A stretch of DNA of 64,000 bases from Candidatus Paceibacter sp. (GCA_020724845.1 DYGE01000005.1:6116-70115); one strand, 5' to 3'. Positions 9,352 through 19,495 are shown, counted from the first letter of the stretch. The notes: generated from the letters alone by a model not told the origin. Numbers and translations are program-made.

Positions 9352-12300
9352 ATGAAAAAATTTGTTCATCTTCATACTCACTCGCACTATTCCCTGCTGG
9401 ACGGCTTAGGGAAAATAGACGCGCTAGTTGAAAGAGCGAAGGAGCTGGGGATGGACGCATTGGCAATAACTGATCACGGCAACCTCTACGGCGCCGTAGA
9501 GTTTTATAAAAAAGCCAAAAAGGCGGGCATCAAACCAATTCTCGGAATTGAAGCATACGTGGCGCCCGGCGACCACAAGCAAAAACAATCCAATACCGGG
9601 GTAAAATATTATCACCTAATACTTCTCGCTAAAAACGAAACCGGCTGGAAAAATCTAATCAAATTGGTGACCACCTCCCATCTAGAGGGATTCTATTACA
9701 AACCGAGAATCGACAAAGAACTTCTAAAAAAACATCATGACGGCCTGATCGCCCTTTCCGCTTGCATCACCGGAGAAATACCGAAATTAATTTTGGAAAA
9801 CAAATCAGAGGAAGCTAAGCGGACAGCGCTGGAATATCAGGACATCTTCGGAAAAGGCAATTTCTATCTGGAAATTGGAGAGCATCCTTACATCAAGCCA
9901 ACCTTAAAAGCTAATGAAGGGTTAAAGAAGATTTCCGCGGAAACCGGAATACCTCTGGTTGCCACCCAAGACATCCACTACGTAAAGCCGGATGACGCGG
10001 AATATCATGACATTCTTCTGGCCGTACAAACCGGCAACCGCCTAACCGACGAAGACCGCTTAACGCTCAAAGACGATAACTTTTCCATGCGATCGCCGGA
10101 AGAAATGGCGGAACTATTCAAAGACGCGCCGGAAGCGCTGGAAAACACCGTTAAAATAGCCGATGCCTGCAATCTAGACCTGGAGCTCGGGAAAATTCAG
10201 CTGCCGAGATTTGACCTTCCTGATGGCGAAAACGCCAATTCTTACCTCAAAAAACTGATCGCTGAACGAGTCACTCATCGCTATCCCGAAGTGACCGAAG
10301 AAGTGAAAAAAAGAATCAATTATGAACTCGGAGTTATTGAGAAAACCGGCTTCGCGGATTATTTTTTGATCGTCCAAGATTTCATAAACTGGGCTAAAGA
10401 CCACGGCATTGTTGTAGGCCCAGGCAGAGGCTCGGCGGCCGGCAGCATTATCTCTTACATCCTTAACATTACCGACTTAGACCCGCTGGAATACAATCTT
10501 CTTTTTGAGAGATTTTTAAATCCGGACAGAATCCAAATGCCGGATATTGACGTTGATTTTGCCGACACCCGCCGAGATGAGGTATTTGGATACTTGGAGG
10601 AAAAATACGGTAAAGATAAAGTGGCTCACATTATAACTTTCGGAACCATGGCGGCTAGAGCGGCTATCCGAGACGCCGGCAGGGCAATGGGTTTGAGTTA
10701 TGGATTCTGCGACCGCATCGCGAAACTAATACCCTTCAACGCAAAGCTGGATGAGGCTATCAATAATGTCCAAGAACTAAAAGATTTGTACCGCAACGAC
10801 GCCGACGCTAAAAGAGTTTTGGACGCCGCTAAAAATTTGGAAGGAGTGGTCAGGCACGCATCCGTGCATGCTTGCGGAACGGTTATCGCCAAAGAGCCGC
10901 TGACTAATTACATGCCGATTCAGTACGCGCCACAGGATGACAACACTATCATCACCCAATTTGAGATGCACAGCGTAGAGGCCTTGGGGCTTTTAAAGAT
11001 GGATCTTTTGGGCCTAAAGAACCTTACCATCATTGAAAACGCCCTGCGGCTCATAGAAGAAAATAACGATATCAAAATAGACATCGGGAAAATCCCGCTG
11101 AATGATCAAAAAACCTTTGAGCTTTTGCAGTCAGCCGATACCACCGGCGTATTCCAGTTGGAATCCAGCGGCATGAGACGATACCTCAAAGAGCTGAAAC
11201 CCTCCGAACTTGAGGACATCATTGCCATGGTCTCTCTATACCGGCCAGGGCCGATGGAACTTATCCCCCAGTACATCAGGAGAAAATTCGGCAACGAGCG
11301 GATTACCTATTTGCATCCGAAACTGGAACCTATCCTGAAGAAAACCTATGGGGTCGCTATCTACCAAGAGCAGCTCATGCAGATTGCCAGAGACCTGGCC
11401 GGCTTTACACTCTCCGAAGCGGATATCCTAAGAAAAGCAGTGGGCAAAAAGATAAAATCATTATTGGAAGAACAATCCAAGAAAATGATAGACGGCATGA
11501 TCGGCAATGGAATCTCCCAGAGGATCGCTGAACAGATTTGGCATTGGTTTGAGCCATTCGCCCGCTACGGGTTCAATCGCAGCCATGCCGCGTGTTACGC
11601 AATGATTGCTTATCGAACCGCTTACCTGCGCGCCCATTATCCGGTGGAATTTTATACCAGCTTGTTTAACGCTGATGCCGGAGACGTAGAAAGGATCGCC
11701 TTTCTCATTGGCGAAGCTAAAAAGGCCGGAATTGAAGTGTTCCCTCCGGATATTAATAAGAGCTTGGCGGATTTTGCCCCGGAAGAAAAAGGGGTGCGCT
11801 TCGGCCTGTTGGCAATAAAAAATGTCGGCAAGAACATAGTGGATGCCTTAGTTCAAGAACGGCGGCAGGGCGGACCGTATAAAAATCTAGTAGACTTAAT
11901 TCAAAGAGTCGGACACAAAGATCTCAACAAGAAATCACTCGAAAGCCTGCTGAAATGCGGGGCGCTGGACTCCTTGGGATTGGAAAGAAACTCCGGCTTA
12001 TTCAATATTGATGAGATTCTTAAATTTTCCAGTTCGCTTAGAAAGGCCAAATCGACTAACCAAGCTTCACTCTTCGGAGGAGCAACTGTAAGCGCGGGCG
12101 CCCTTAGATTAAAACCCTGCGAACCGGCTTCTCCGCAGGAAAGGCTCCAATGGGAAAAGGAACTGCTGGGACTATACGTGTCCGATCATCCGCTTAACCA
12201 GCACAAAGAAAAAATTAGCAAGCTGGGCACTCAAGCGATCAAATCCCTGCTCATTAAGCAAGAAGATTCGCAATACAGACAGAGATCCAAAATAGCCGGA

Positions 12301-12522
12301 ATAGTTTCCAAAGTCCATAAAATCAACACTAAACTCGGCCAGCCGATGGTTTTCGCAACCGTTGAAGATCTAAATGACTCTATGGAGGTAATAGTTTTTT
12401 CCAACACATTGGAAAAAACCATGCCATTCTGGGAAGAAAATAAAGTGGTGATGGTATCCGGGAAAATGTCCTGGCGAAACGGGGAACCCAAGCTGATTTG
12501 CGACAGCGTAAAAGAGATTTAA
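9352..12522 (+). CDS. dnaE: DNA polymerase III alpha subunit
   Basis: PHP domain HLHTHSHYSLLDG, polymerase core, OB fold; 1056 aa. Confidence 0.92.
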   Translation: MKKFVHLHTHSHYSLLDGLGKIDALVERAKELGMDALAITDHGNLYGAVEFYKKAKKAGIKPILGIEAYVAPGDHKQKQSNTGVKYYHLILLAKNETGWKNLIKLVTTSHLEGFYYKPRIDKELLKKHHDGLIALSACITGEIPKLILENKSEEAKRTALEYQDIFGKGNFYLEIGEHPYIKPTLKANEGLKKISAETGIPLVATQDIHYVKPDDAEYHDILLAVQTGNRLTDEDRLTLKDDNFSMRSPEEMAELFKDAPEALENTVKIADACNLDLELGKIQLPRFDLPDGENANSYLKKLIAERVTHRYPEVTEEVKKRINYELGVIEKTGFADYFLIVQDFINWAKDHGIVVGPGRGSAAGSIISYILNITDLDPLEYNLLFERFLNPDRIQMPDIDVDFADTRRDEVFGYLEEKYGKDKVAHIITFGTMAARAAIRDAGRAMGLSYGFCDRIAKLIPFNAKLDEAINNVQELKDLYRNDADAKRVLDAAKNLEGVVRHASVHACGTVIAKEPLTNYMPIQYAPQDDNTIITQFEMHSVEALGLLKMDLLGLKNLTIIENALRLIEENNDIKIDIGKIPLNDQKTFELLQSADTTGVFQLESSGMRRYLKELKPSELEDIIAMVSLYRPGPMELIPQYIRRKFGNERITYLHPKLEPILKKTYGVAIYQEQLMQIARDLAGFTLSEADILRKAVGKKIKSLLEEQSKKMIDGMIGNGISQRIAEQIWHWFEPFARYGFNRSHAACYAMIAYRTAYLRAHYPVEFYTSLFNADAGDVERIAFLIGEAKKAGIEVFPPDINKSLADFAPEEKGVRFGLLAIKNVGKNIVDALVQERRQGGPYKNLVDLIQRVGHKDLNKKSLESLLKCGALDSLGLERNSGLFNIDEILKFSSSLRKAKSTNQASLFGGATVSAGALRLKPCEPASPQERLQWEKELLGLYVSDHPLNQHKEKISKLGTQAIKSLLIKQEDSQYRQRSKIAGIVSKVHKINTKLGQPMVFATVEDLNDSMEVIVFSNTLEKTMPFWEENKVVMVSGKMSWRNGEPKLICDSVKEI

Positions 12523-12525
12523 AAG

Positions 12526-12547
12526 AAAAAGCCCCTAGGGGCTTTTT
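12526..12547. terminator. Bidirectional intrinsic terminator between convergent dnaE and DUF2384 genes
   Basis: aaaaaGCCCCTAGGGGCttttt, a perfect palindrome. Confidence 0.65.
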
Positions 12548-12552
12548 AAGTT

Positions 12553-12942
12553 TTATGATGTCCATATGAAAGATTTGGCCGCGTTTACTGCTGATTCAAA
12601 GTCCTTCTCTAACTTCCCATGCCTTAGAGCGTACGCCGGCGCCTTGCCGTCCAAAAAGCTATTCGTGCCCATCAGCCAAGCATAAACTGACGCGGATCGA
12701 TAATAGCTGGAAAGCAACTTGACGACGTGATAAGCGGTCCGCAGACGCGCTTCCCGCAACTCGTCCGGACCGCCCGAGCCAATAGACCAAGCATCCAGCT
12801 TATTAATATCCTTTTTCTTCAGGCCAGCCATGTAAGCAACCAATTTTTCTTCCAATTCCCTTTTTAAATAACAGATAACGGCGGCGATGTCTTTGCCCCT
12901 GGCTTCCGCGGCAATCTCCTCAATTTCTTCTTCAGAAAGCAT
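12553..12942 (-). CDS. DUF2384-like protein (Xre/MbcA/ParS antitoxin toxin-binding domain), paralog 1
   Basis: C-terminal WLMGTNSFLDGKAPAYAL fits my recollection of the WLxxPNxxLgGxxPxxLL motif of the DUF2384/PF09722 family. Start reassigned to the internal MLSEEE, making it non-overlapping with the upstream paralog. Confidence 0.5.
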   Translation of the reverse strand: MLSEEEIEEIAAEARGKDIAAVICYLKRELEEKLVAYMAGLKKKDINKLDAWSIGSGGPDELREARLRTAYHVVKLLSSYYRSASVYAWLMGTNSFLDGKAPAYALRHGKLEKDFESAVNAAKSFIWTS

Positions 12943-12943
12943 T

Positions 12944-13336
12944 TTACGCTCCCTGCCCATTAAAATTGAGCGCCGCCCCGACAACCTCTCTAAGATCCTT
13001 TTCTTCTGCGTGGTCTGCCAACCATGTAATTATCACCTTATCGCCAAGATGAGAATTTGAACTCCAAAATGCCGAAACAACTATGCTGGCGCCATAGTCA
13101 CCTTCCAGGATTTTTGCCGCAAAATAACCATAGCGGAGACGGAGCTCTTCCGTCTTAGACGGCTTAAGCGAACCATGAGCCCATTCATCAACAGACTGAG
13201 TTTCGCTCTTGCCGCTCAAAACCGCTATCATCCTGGCGCTCCCCAGCAAGCTCCTAAGCTCGTTAACAATCTTCCAGATCGGCTCAGAATTAAGGGCTTT
13301 TTGTTCCAGCTTTTTCAGCTCTTCAGCGCTCAACAT
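12944..13336 (-). CDS. DUF2384-like protein, paralog 2 (tandem duplicate of 12553..12942)
   Basis: Same length (about 130 aa) and a shared W..GS..EL..RL..Y..K.L..Y.ASV..W...NS.L pattern with paralog 1. The motif is weaker: FWSSNSHLGDKVIITWL. Confidence 0.45.
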   Translation of the reverse strand: MLSAEELKKLEQKALNSEPIWKIVNELRSLLGSARMIAVLSGKSETQSVDEWAHGSLKPSKTEELRLRYGYFAAKILEGDYGASIVVSAFWSSNSHLGDKVIITWLADHAEEKDLREVVGAALNFNGQGA

Positions 13337-13432
13337 CTTCGTCCTCTTCCGAATATTCCCAGGTTAGATTATCAGAAATCCCGCTAATCTACAAGATTGA
13401 GATATCAGAATAAATAAATTATAATCAACTAC

Positions 13433-15184
13433 ATGGCAAAGAAGGCCAATATAGACAATGAAAATCTAGACGCGGTCCGCCACTCGCTGGCCCACTTGTT
13501 AGCCGCGGCAGTGCTTAAAAAATATCCTAAAACCAAACTAGGGATAGGGCCGACAATTGAAAACGGCTTTTATTATGATTTTCAATTTCCACAGCCTATC
13601 AGCGAATTAGAACTGAAAGATTTTGAAAAAGAAATGCGCCGGCTTATAAACCAAAAACTGGATTTTAAAGGCGAGAAGCTTACTCCCGCAAAAGCTAAAA
13701 AGATGTTCCGGGGCCAGCCATTCAAGCAAGAGTTAATCAAAGAATTCACTAAAGAGAAGAAAAAACTTACCGCCTATCATACCGGGGATATTTTCACAGA
13801 CCTATGCAGGGGCGGACACGTGAAAAATACCAAAGAAATAAATCCGGAGGCGTTCAAGCTCACCCACTTGGCTGGAGCATACTGGAGAGGCAGCGAGAAA
13901 AATCCGATGCTAACCAGAATCTATGGCCTAGCTTTCCGCGCCAAGAAAGAATTAGATGACCATTTAAAAATACTGGAAGAAGCCAAAAAAAGAGATCATC
14001 GCGTATTGGGCGAACGTCTGAAAATATTCGCTTTCAGCGATCAGGTGGGCCCCGGGTTCCCCCTTTGGCTGCCTAATGGGGAATTTATAAAACATCAGCT
14101 TCAAGAATACATGCGAGAAAAAGAAGAGGCTCAAGGATATCAGTATGTTAGCACTCCAGTACTAACCCAGGAGAACCTTTATCAAAGAAGCGGCCATAAG
14201 CAGTACTTCGCCGAAGATATGTACAAGTTTGAGGATCCTGACGGAGTAGAAATGTACGTGAAGCCAATGAACTGCCCGCACACGCACATGATTTATGAAA
14301 AGCTCGTTCAAAGTTACCGCGATCTGCCTCTCCGGCTAGCAGAGCCAGGCACTATTTATAGGTTTGAACGTTCCGGAACTTTAACCGGGTTAATTAGAGT
14401 CAGAGGGGCTATAACCCAAAACGACGCCCACATCTACGTAACTCCGGAACAGTTGGCAAGAGAATTTCAGAAAGTATTGGAGCTCTTTAAAGAAGTATAC
14501 TCCGAGCTTGGCATTAAGGATTACTGGTTCCGATTGTCCCTGCCGGATTTCAAAAATAAAAAAAATAAATTCGGCGGAAATCTTAAGATGTGGAAATGGG
14601 CTTCCGAGCAAATCAGAAGGTCTCTGGAAAAAAGCGGTATGAAATTTGAAGAAGCCGTCGGAGAAGCGGCGTTCTACGGGCCGAAGCTAGACGTGCAAGC
14701 CAAGAATGTGCTCGGCAAAGAAGATACTATCGCCACTGCCCAGGTAGATATTTTAGTTCCGGAAAGAATGGGGCTCGCATACATCAACGAAGAAGGCCAG
14801 AAGGAAACGCCGATCGTGATTCATCGGGCAATTATGGGTTCTTATGAGCGGTTTATTGCTTTCTTGCTGGAACAAACCGCGGGCAACCTGCCGCTTTGGC
14901 TGTCGCCGGTTCAGATTGTAATTCTGCCGATCTCTGAAAAACAAAATTCCTACGCCGAAGAAGTAGCAAAGGAGTTAAAAGACAACGGTTTCCGAGTAAG
15001 GGTAAATATGGATAACTCTACGGTGGGAAAAAGAATCCGAGAGTCGGAAATGCAAAAAATACCTTTCATCCTGGTAGTGGGCGAAAACGAAAAAGCCAGC
15101 AAGACGGTCAGTGTTCGCCAGAGAGAAAAGGGCAACCTGGGAGAAATGATGCTGGAGAAATTTATGGATAACTTGAATTCCTAA
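13433..15184 (+). CDS. thrS: Threonyl-tRNA synthetase (lacks the N-terminal TGS domain)
   Basis: ThrRS N2/editing-domain start HSLAHLLAAAV, class II core RDHRVLG, HRAIMGSYERFIAFLLEQ, anticodon-binding C-terminus. Confidence 0.9.
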   Translation: MAKKANIDNENLDAVRHSLAHLLAAAVLKKYPKTKLGIGPTIENGFYYDFQFPQPISELELKDFEKEMRRLINQKLDFKGEKLTPAKAKKMFRGQPFKQELIKEFTKEKKKLTAYHTGDIFTDLCRGGHVKNTKEINPEAFKLTHLAGAYWRGSEKNPMLTRIYGLAFRAKKELDDHLKILEEAKKRDHRVLGERLKIFAFSDQVGPGFPLWLPNGEFIKHQLQEYMREKEEAQGYQYVSTPVLTQENLYQRSGHKQYFAEDMYKFEDPDGVEMYVKPMNCPHTHMIYEKLVQSYRDLPLRLAEPGTIYRFERSGTLTGLIRVRGAITQNDAHIYVTPEQLAREFQKVLELFKEVYSELGIKDYWFRLSLPDFKNKKNKFGGNLKMWKWASEQIRRSLEKSGMKFEEAVGEAAFYGPKLDVQAKNVLGKEDTIATAQVDILVPERMGLAYINEEGQKETPIVIHRAIMGSYERFIAFLLEQTAGNLPLWLSPVQIVILPISEKQNSYAEEVAKELKDNGFRVRVNMDNSTVGKRIRESEMQKIPFILVVGENEKASKTVSVRQREKGNLGEMMLEKFMDNLNS

Positions 15185-15186
15185 AC

Positions 15187-15220
15187 AAAAAAAGCGGCTC
15201 CTTTGGGTGGCCGCTTTTTT
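15187..15220. terminator. Bidirectional intrinsic terminator
   Basis: aaaaaaaGCGGCtcctttgggtgGCCGCtttttt. Confidence 0.65.
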
Positions 15221-15221
15221 G

Positions 15222-15524
15222 TTAGAGCTGAACGTTTTCCAAATCTTCCTTTTCCTGGCCCGCCTTAGCAGCGGCATCTCTTTCTTCCTGGGTAGTGCCC
15301 TCTTCCAGGGCTCTCTCCAAACTTTCTCTGGCTTTCCTGCTTTCTTGCTCCCTGAAATATGCCTCGCCGCGGCGCTTAAGTTCTTCTTTTTCCTCTTGCG
15401 CCTTTCTATTTCTTGCCGCCGCTTCTTCTGCCTCTTTCATAGCTTTTTTAGCAGCTTCTTTCGCGAGCGCCTGCTCTTCCGGAGTAGCTTCCGGCTGCGT
15501 TGGATTTTCGAATTTGAATCTCAT
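15222..15524 (-). CDS. Small K/E/A-rich charged hypothetical protein
   Basis: 100-aa ORF co-directional with gatB and bounded by the terminator. Low complexity, so it could be non-coding. Confidence 0.35.
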   Translation of the reverse strand: MRFKFENPTQPEATPEEQALAKEAAKKAMKEAEEAAARNRKAQEEKEELKRRGEAYFREQESRKARESLERALEEGTTQEERDAAAKAGQEKEDLENVQL

Positions 15525-15539
15525 GGCTTGATTATATAA

Positions 15540-17024
15540 TTAAGATAGCATTTTGTCAAGGAGAGTCCTTAAAACCGCCGGATTTCCCCGCCCTTTCAAT
15601 TCTTTCATAGCTTGCCCGACAAGAAATTGGATCGCGGAGCTCTTGCCGTTTTTGTAATCTTCCACAGCCTTAGGATTTGCCCCTATAACTTTCAGGACCA
15701 CTCCGCTTAACTCCCCTTCTTCAGAAACCTGCCCCAATCCTTCGTTTTCCACCAGAGTTCTCGGATCCACTCCAGATTCAAGAATCTTGACTAGCAAGTC
15801 TTTGGCTGTTCGGCTAGATATTTCTTTTTTAGAAATCATATCAATCAAGTCCGCAAAATTTTCCGGCGTAAGCTTCAAATTTGAAAAATTTAATTCTTTT
15901 TCCCTGACTAATCCCTTAAGGTCGCTGTTTAAGTAGTTAAAAAGCAATTGCAACTTGTCGGCAGGCGCGGATTCTTGATCATCAGCTTCCATTTCTGAAA
16001 CCGCCTCCTCAAAATACTCCGCCTCTTTTCTGTCTTCAACTAAAATATTCGCCTGGTCATCCGTAAGCTGAAACTGTTTCTTAAAGCGCTCCCTCTTTTC
16101 ATTAGGCAATTCCGGCACTTCTAACTTTAAAGCATCAAGATCAAAAGCGGAGCTGTCTAAAGGAGGCAAATCCGGCTCCGGGAAGTACCTGTAATCGTGG
16201 GCCTCCTCCTTAGAACGCTGGGAGGTAGTTTTCTTTTTTGCGTCATCCCAACCGCGAGTTTCCTGTTTGATATCTTTTCCATCATCCAATAGAGCAGCCT
16301 GCCTCTCAACCTCGTAATTAATGGCTTCCTCAATCGCCCTGAAAGAGTTCAGATTCTTAATTTCCACTTTTGTACCCAGCTTTCCATCTTCCATGCTCAA
16401 ACTGATATTGGCATCGCCTCTCATCTGGCCTTTTTCCAGATCAGCATCAGCCACCCCCAAATATCGCAAAATCAGCTGAAGCTCCTTGGCAAACGCCACC
16501 GCTTCCTTGACGCTATGCATATCGGGTTCCGTAACCAGCTCCATCAAAGGCAATCCGCCGCGGTTAAAGTCAACAAGCGTAGACTTCCCGTCCGGCGAGT
16601 GTACGAGCTTGCCCGCGTCCTCCTCCAAATGGACGCGATTCAATTTCACTATTTTTTTACTGCCTAACCCTTCAATAGAACTCTGGGCAAGACGCGCGGA
16701 AATATCTATAACGCCGCCCTGAACTATCGGAAGATCATATTGGGAAATCTGATAACCCTTCGGGAGGTCCGGGTAAAAGTAATTCTTTCTATCAAATTTA
16801 AAACTGTCATTGATTTTCCCTCCTACAGCCATGCCGATTTTAATCATCGCTTCTACTGCTTTTTTATTGATGACAGGAAGCGTTCCCGGGTGACCAAGGC
16901 AAATCGGGCAGACGTTGGTATTTGGATGCTTTTCTTCCGTATTATTCGGACAATCACAAAACATCTTCGTCACGGTTTTCAGCTCCGCGTGAATTTCTAA
17001 TCCAATTGTAGGTTTGTATTTCAT
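15540..17024 (-). CDS. gatB: Asp/Glu-tRNA amidotransferase subunit B
   Basis: N-terminal IGLEIHAELKT...KMFCDCPN, GatB/YqeY C-terminus. Confidence 0.92.
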   Translation of the reverse strand: MKYKPTIGLEIHAELKTVTKMFCDCPNNTEEKHPNTNVCPICLGHPGTLPVINKKAVEAMIKIGMAVGGKINDSFKFDRKNYFYPDLPKGYQISQYDLPIVQGGVIDISARLAQSSIEGLGSKKIVKLNRVHLEEDAGKLVHSPDGKSTLVDFNRGGLPLMELVTEPDMHSVKEAVAFAKELQLILRYLGVADADLEKGQMRGDANISLSMEDGKLGTKVEIKNLNSFRAIEEAINYEVERQAALLDDGKDIKQETRGWDDAKKKTTSQRSKEEAHDYRYFPEPDLPPLDSSAFDLDALKLEVPELPNEKRERFKKQFQLTDDQANILVEDRKEAEYFEEAVSEMEADDQESAPADKLQLLFNYLNSDLKGLVREKELNFSNLKLTPENFADLIDMISKKEISSRTAKDLLVKILESGVDPRTLVENEGLGQVSEEGELSGVVLKVIGANPKAVEDYKNGKSSAIQFLVGQAMKELKGRGNPAVLRTLLDKMLS

Positions 17025-17031
17025 ATTTAGA

Positions 17032-17095
17032 CCGTAGGCAGTAGCCCGCAGTCCGTAGCAATTTTTTCTACACGCTACGTACTACGATCTACGAA
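17032..17095. repeat. Hairpin-array element C (GTAG words x3, loop, CTAC words x4) between the HD-protein stop and the gatB start
   Basis: accGTAGgcaGTAGcccgcagtccGTAGcaattttttCTACacgCTACgtaCTACgatCTACg; near-identical to the element at 34557-34630. Confidence 0.75.
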
Positions 17096-18400
17096 CTATT
17101 TGGTGAATTCTAAAAGGTAATCTTTGATTTTATCCGCCTTCTTGTGAAGTTGGTCCCGATATTCGGGGAAAGCGCAAACTCGCAGCATATGGTGAGAACG
17201 CCCATATTCCACCATGGCCGCGAAATGGCTGGGGTAAAAATCGCTCAGCTTAACAATTTTCCCCTCTCTGCCGTAAACTTTCACGTCTTCCGGCACAAAT
17301 CGATGATGCGACATTGGCGGCACTACCACTATCTCGGATTCCGGGATGTCAGCTTCTTTAGCGATACCCCTCTCTAATTCGGCCAGTTTTTCCAGGGTAG
17401 AAATCGCGCCGCCGGACATGAAGCTATCCAAGACGGATTCTGACAGGCCAATCACCTGCAGAGCCTTATCTTCCCGGCGCTCATCCATCTTCACAAACTG
17501 CTCGTACTTTATCTCAATGGCTGTTTTCGGGAAATTCCCGGCCCGCAACCGGCTATTATACTTCTGAATCAGAGGATTTTGAGAAATTTCAAATCTCCCC
17601 AAAAGGCCGAAATCGGTCAATTTCCAAATGTCATGCACCGACATTCCGTCTTTGACCAGCTCATAAGCCATGTGCTGAATCAAACGCTGAATAATGGCGG
17701 ATTTTTTTCTCAAATAAACATGCTTGGACATCTTGATGTAAAAATCCTGAATCGCTTTAGCTTGGTCTATCACCTTCTCGTCCACCACCACCTGATTGTC
17801 TATAAAATAGATATAGCGGGATAAGTAAGCCACTCCGGGAACTTCCTGAATAGTATAAAATGCGTCTCGGGAGAGATAATCAAACTTTTCCATTCCCAGA
17901 TTTTTGTCGTGAATCGCGAGATAAAGCTTGTCTTCGTGCCTAAAGAACTTAAGTAAAGCTTCAAAATCCACCCCCACCTTTTCAATCGGCTCCCGCAAGT
18001 TGCTAACGATTTCAATAGCCATCGCGTCATCGGCTCGTAACCCGGATTTGCCGGCATCCGGCAGGAGATCAAACAACGGCTCGACGGTGTGCGAAAAAGG
18101 GCCATGCCCTATGTCATGATAAAGAGCATAAGCGGTCGCAAGCTTAGCCTGCTCTTTGGTAATCATGCCGCTTTCCGCCCAGCGCCTAACTAAATTCTTA
18201 GTCCTCTGGAAAGCGCCAAGACAATGCTGTTTGCGGGTGTGGGTAGCGGACGGGAAAAGCAGAAAAGCCAGCCCAAGCTGGTATTTATAAGCCAAGGATT
18301 GAAACTGCTCCACATCAATCATCGGAAGAAATTTGCTGATATCGATCAAACCGAGAATCGGATCGGAGACAATTTTCTGTTCAGGTAATTTAGCGGCCAT
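17096..18400 (-). CDS. dGTPase-family HD-domain dNTP triphosphohydrolase-like protein
   Basis: HD motif YHDIGHGPFSHTVE after HCLGAFQRT. Confidence 0.75.
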   Translation of the reverse strand: MAAKLPEQKIVSDPILGLIDISKFLPMIDVEQFQSLAYKYQLGLAFLLFPSATHTRKQHCLGAFQRTKNLVRRWAESGMITKEQAKLATAYALYHDIGHGPFSHTVEPLFDLLPDAGKSGLRADDAMAIEIVSNLREPIEKVGVDFEALLKFFRHEDKLYLAIHDKNLGMEKFDYLSRDAFYTIQEVPGVAYLSRYIYFIDNQVVVDEKVIDQAKAIQDFYIKMSKHVYLRKKSAIIQRLIQHMAYELVKDGMSVHDIWKLTDFGLLGRFEISQNPLIQKYNSRLRAGNFPKTAIEIKYEQFVKMDERREDKALQVIGLSESVLDSFMSGGAISTLEKLAELERGIAKEADIPESEIVVVPPMSHHRFVPEDVKVYGREGKIVKLSDFYPSHFAAMVEYGRSHHMLRVCAFPEYRDQLHKKADKIKDYLLEFTK

Positions 18401-18492
18401 TTACTTAAATTTAACATAAATTTAAAGAAAATAAAGCAAAAAACCGCCCTAGGGGAAATATAAAAAATACTGCCCTTAAGCGGTTTATAAAA

Positions 18493-19176
18493 TTACAGCC
18501 GACGCCTCACAACTTTCCAAACTTTCTCATGAATCTCCTCTCGACTAAGCAACTTTCCGTCTTTTACGCACTCAATTACAACAAAATGCTTCGGATCCAT
18601 CCTGGCCATCTCCAGATACACTGCTTCCGCGTGCTTGAGATGATTCAAATCATTCTCGTGGATATCGCGCTTTTTGCCCTTGAGATATTTCCGCTTCTCT
18701 TTCTGATCAACCAGCTGCTGCGCGATTTCAGCAGGCACGTGCAAAATGATACAGAAGTCGGCGCGCGGAATTCCAAGAATATCATACTCAAATTCCTGAA
18801 CCCAATTGTAAAACTTCTTTCTTGCCGCCTTACTTCTGATTTTTCCGCCCTGATGCCCCCTATTAGACTCTTCGTATCGGTTAGACACCACAATCTTTCC
18901 TTCCTTAAGGCATTTTATGATAAAAGGCGAAATATCAAATCTATCCACTCCATAAAACACAGACGCCTTGTAGGGTCCGACCTCGTCAGCCGAACCATAT
19001 TTTCCATTTAAATATTCTCTGACTAAATAGGAAGATGGTTTATTGTATTGCGGGAAATCAAAGGTAGTAGTTCGGCGACCTTCTTTCTTAAGGCGAGAAA
19101 CTAAGAGTTTAAATTGGGTTCCCTTGCCAGATCCATCGGTACCCTCAATGACTATAAATTTGCCACGCTTTTCCAT
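18493..19176 (-). CDS. tmk: Thymidylate kinase-like (dTMP / deoxynucleoside kinase family)
   Basis: P-loop FIVIEGTDGSGKGTQ, DRY-like SNRY. Confidence 0.65.
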   Translation of the reverse strand: MEKRGKFIVIEGTDGSGKGTQFKLLVSRLKKEGRRTTTFDFPQYNKPSSYLVREYLNGKYGSADEVGPYKASVFYGVDRFDISPFIIKCLKEGKIVVSNRYEESNRGHQGGKIRSKAARKKFYNWVQEFEYDILGIPRADFCIILHVPAEIAQQLVDQKEKRKYLKGKKRDIHENDLNHLKHAEAVYLEMARMDPKHFVVIECVKDGKLLSREEIHEKVWKVVRRRL

Positions 19177-19204
19177 ATTCTCATGTTAATCAAAAAGACC
19201 GCTG

Positions 19205-19495
19205 CCTTAAAGTATAGCAGACCAGGATACGAACTCAAATCAATTTAGCGGAGACAATTTTAGCTATATTCAAGGCGCGATGAGCGCGGTGTGGCAATAG
19301 CCACATAAGCGAAATCGCAACGAAGAAGATAGTTAAAATTGGCCCGCCCCTTGGGAAGCTTAAAAACCGGCCATCTTCTTTGTCGCTCCTCCTTGAAGTG
19401 CCTATTGGCACTCCTTCGTCGTCGCTTCTCGAATCTGCCTACTTTTTAAGCTTCTAAATTTGATTTAGTTCGTATTCTGGTCTGCATCAAGATAG
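19205..19495. repeat. ~290-bp imperfect palindromic element with 32-bp near-perfect terminal inverted repeats, sitting where rplA normally follows rplK. MITE-like or structured RNA.
   Basis: gcagaccaggatacgaactcaaatcaatttag (19215-) vs ctaaatttgatttagttcgtattctggtctgc (19459-). Inner mirrored hairpins tgtggcAATAgccaca / agtgccTATTggcact and gaagcttaaaaa / tttttaagcttc. Confidence 0.55.

Noticed and set aside
13337-13432. T-box riboswitch upstream of thrS
   Set aside because: The leader is only about 95 nt, and there is no specifier or T-box consensus.
15207-15539. Plus-strand ORFs 15207..15539 and 15295..15531
   Set aside because: They are antisense to the K/E-rich minus-strand ORF, and the repeat makes both strands open. 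The minus strand is preferred because of its operon context.
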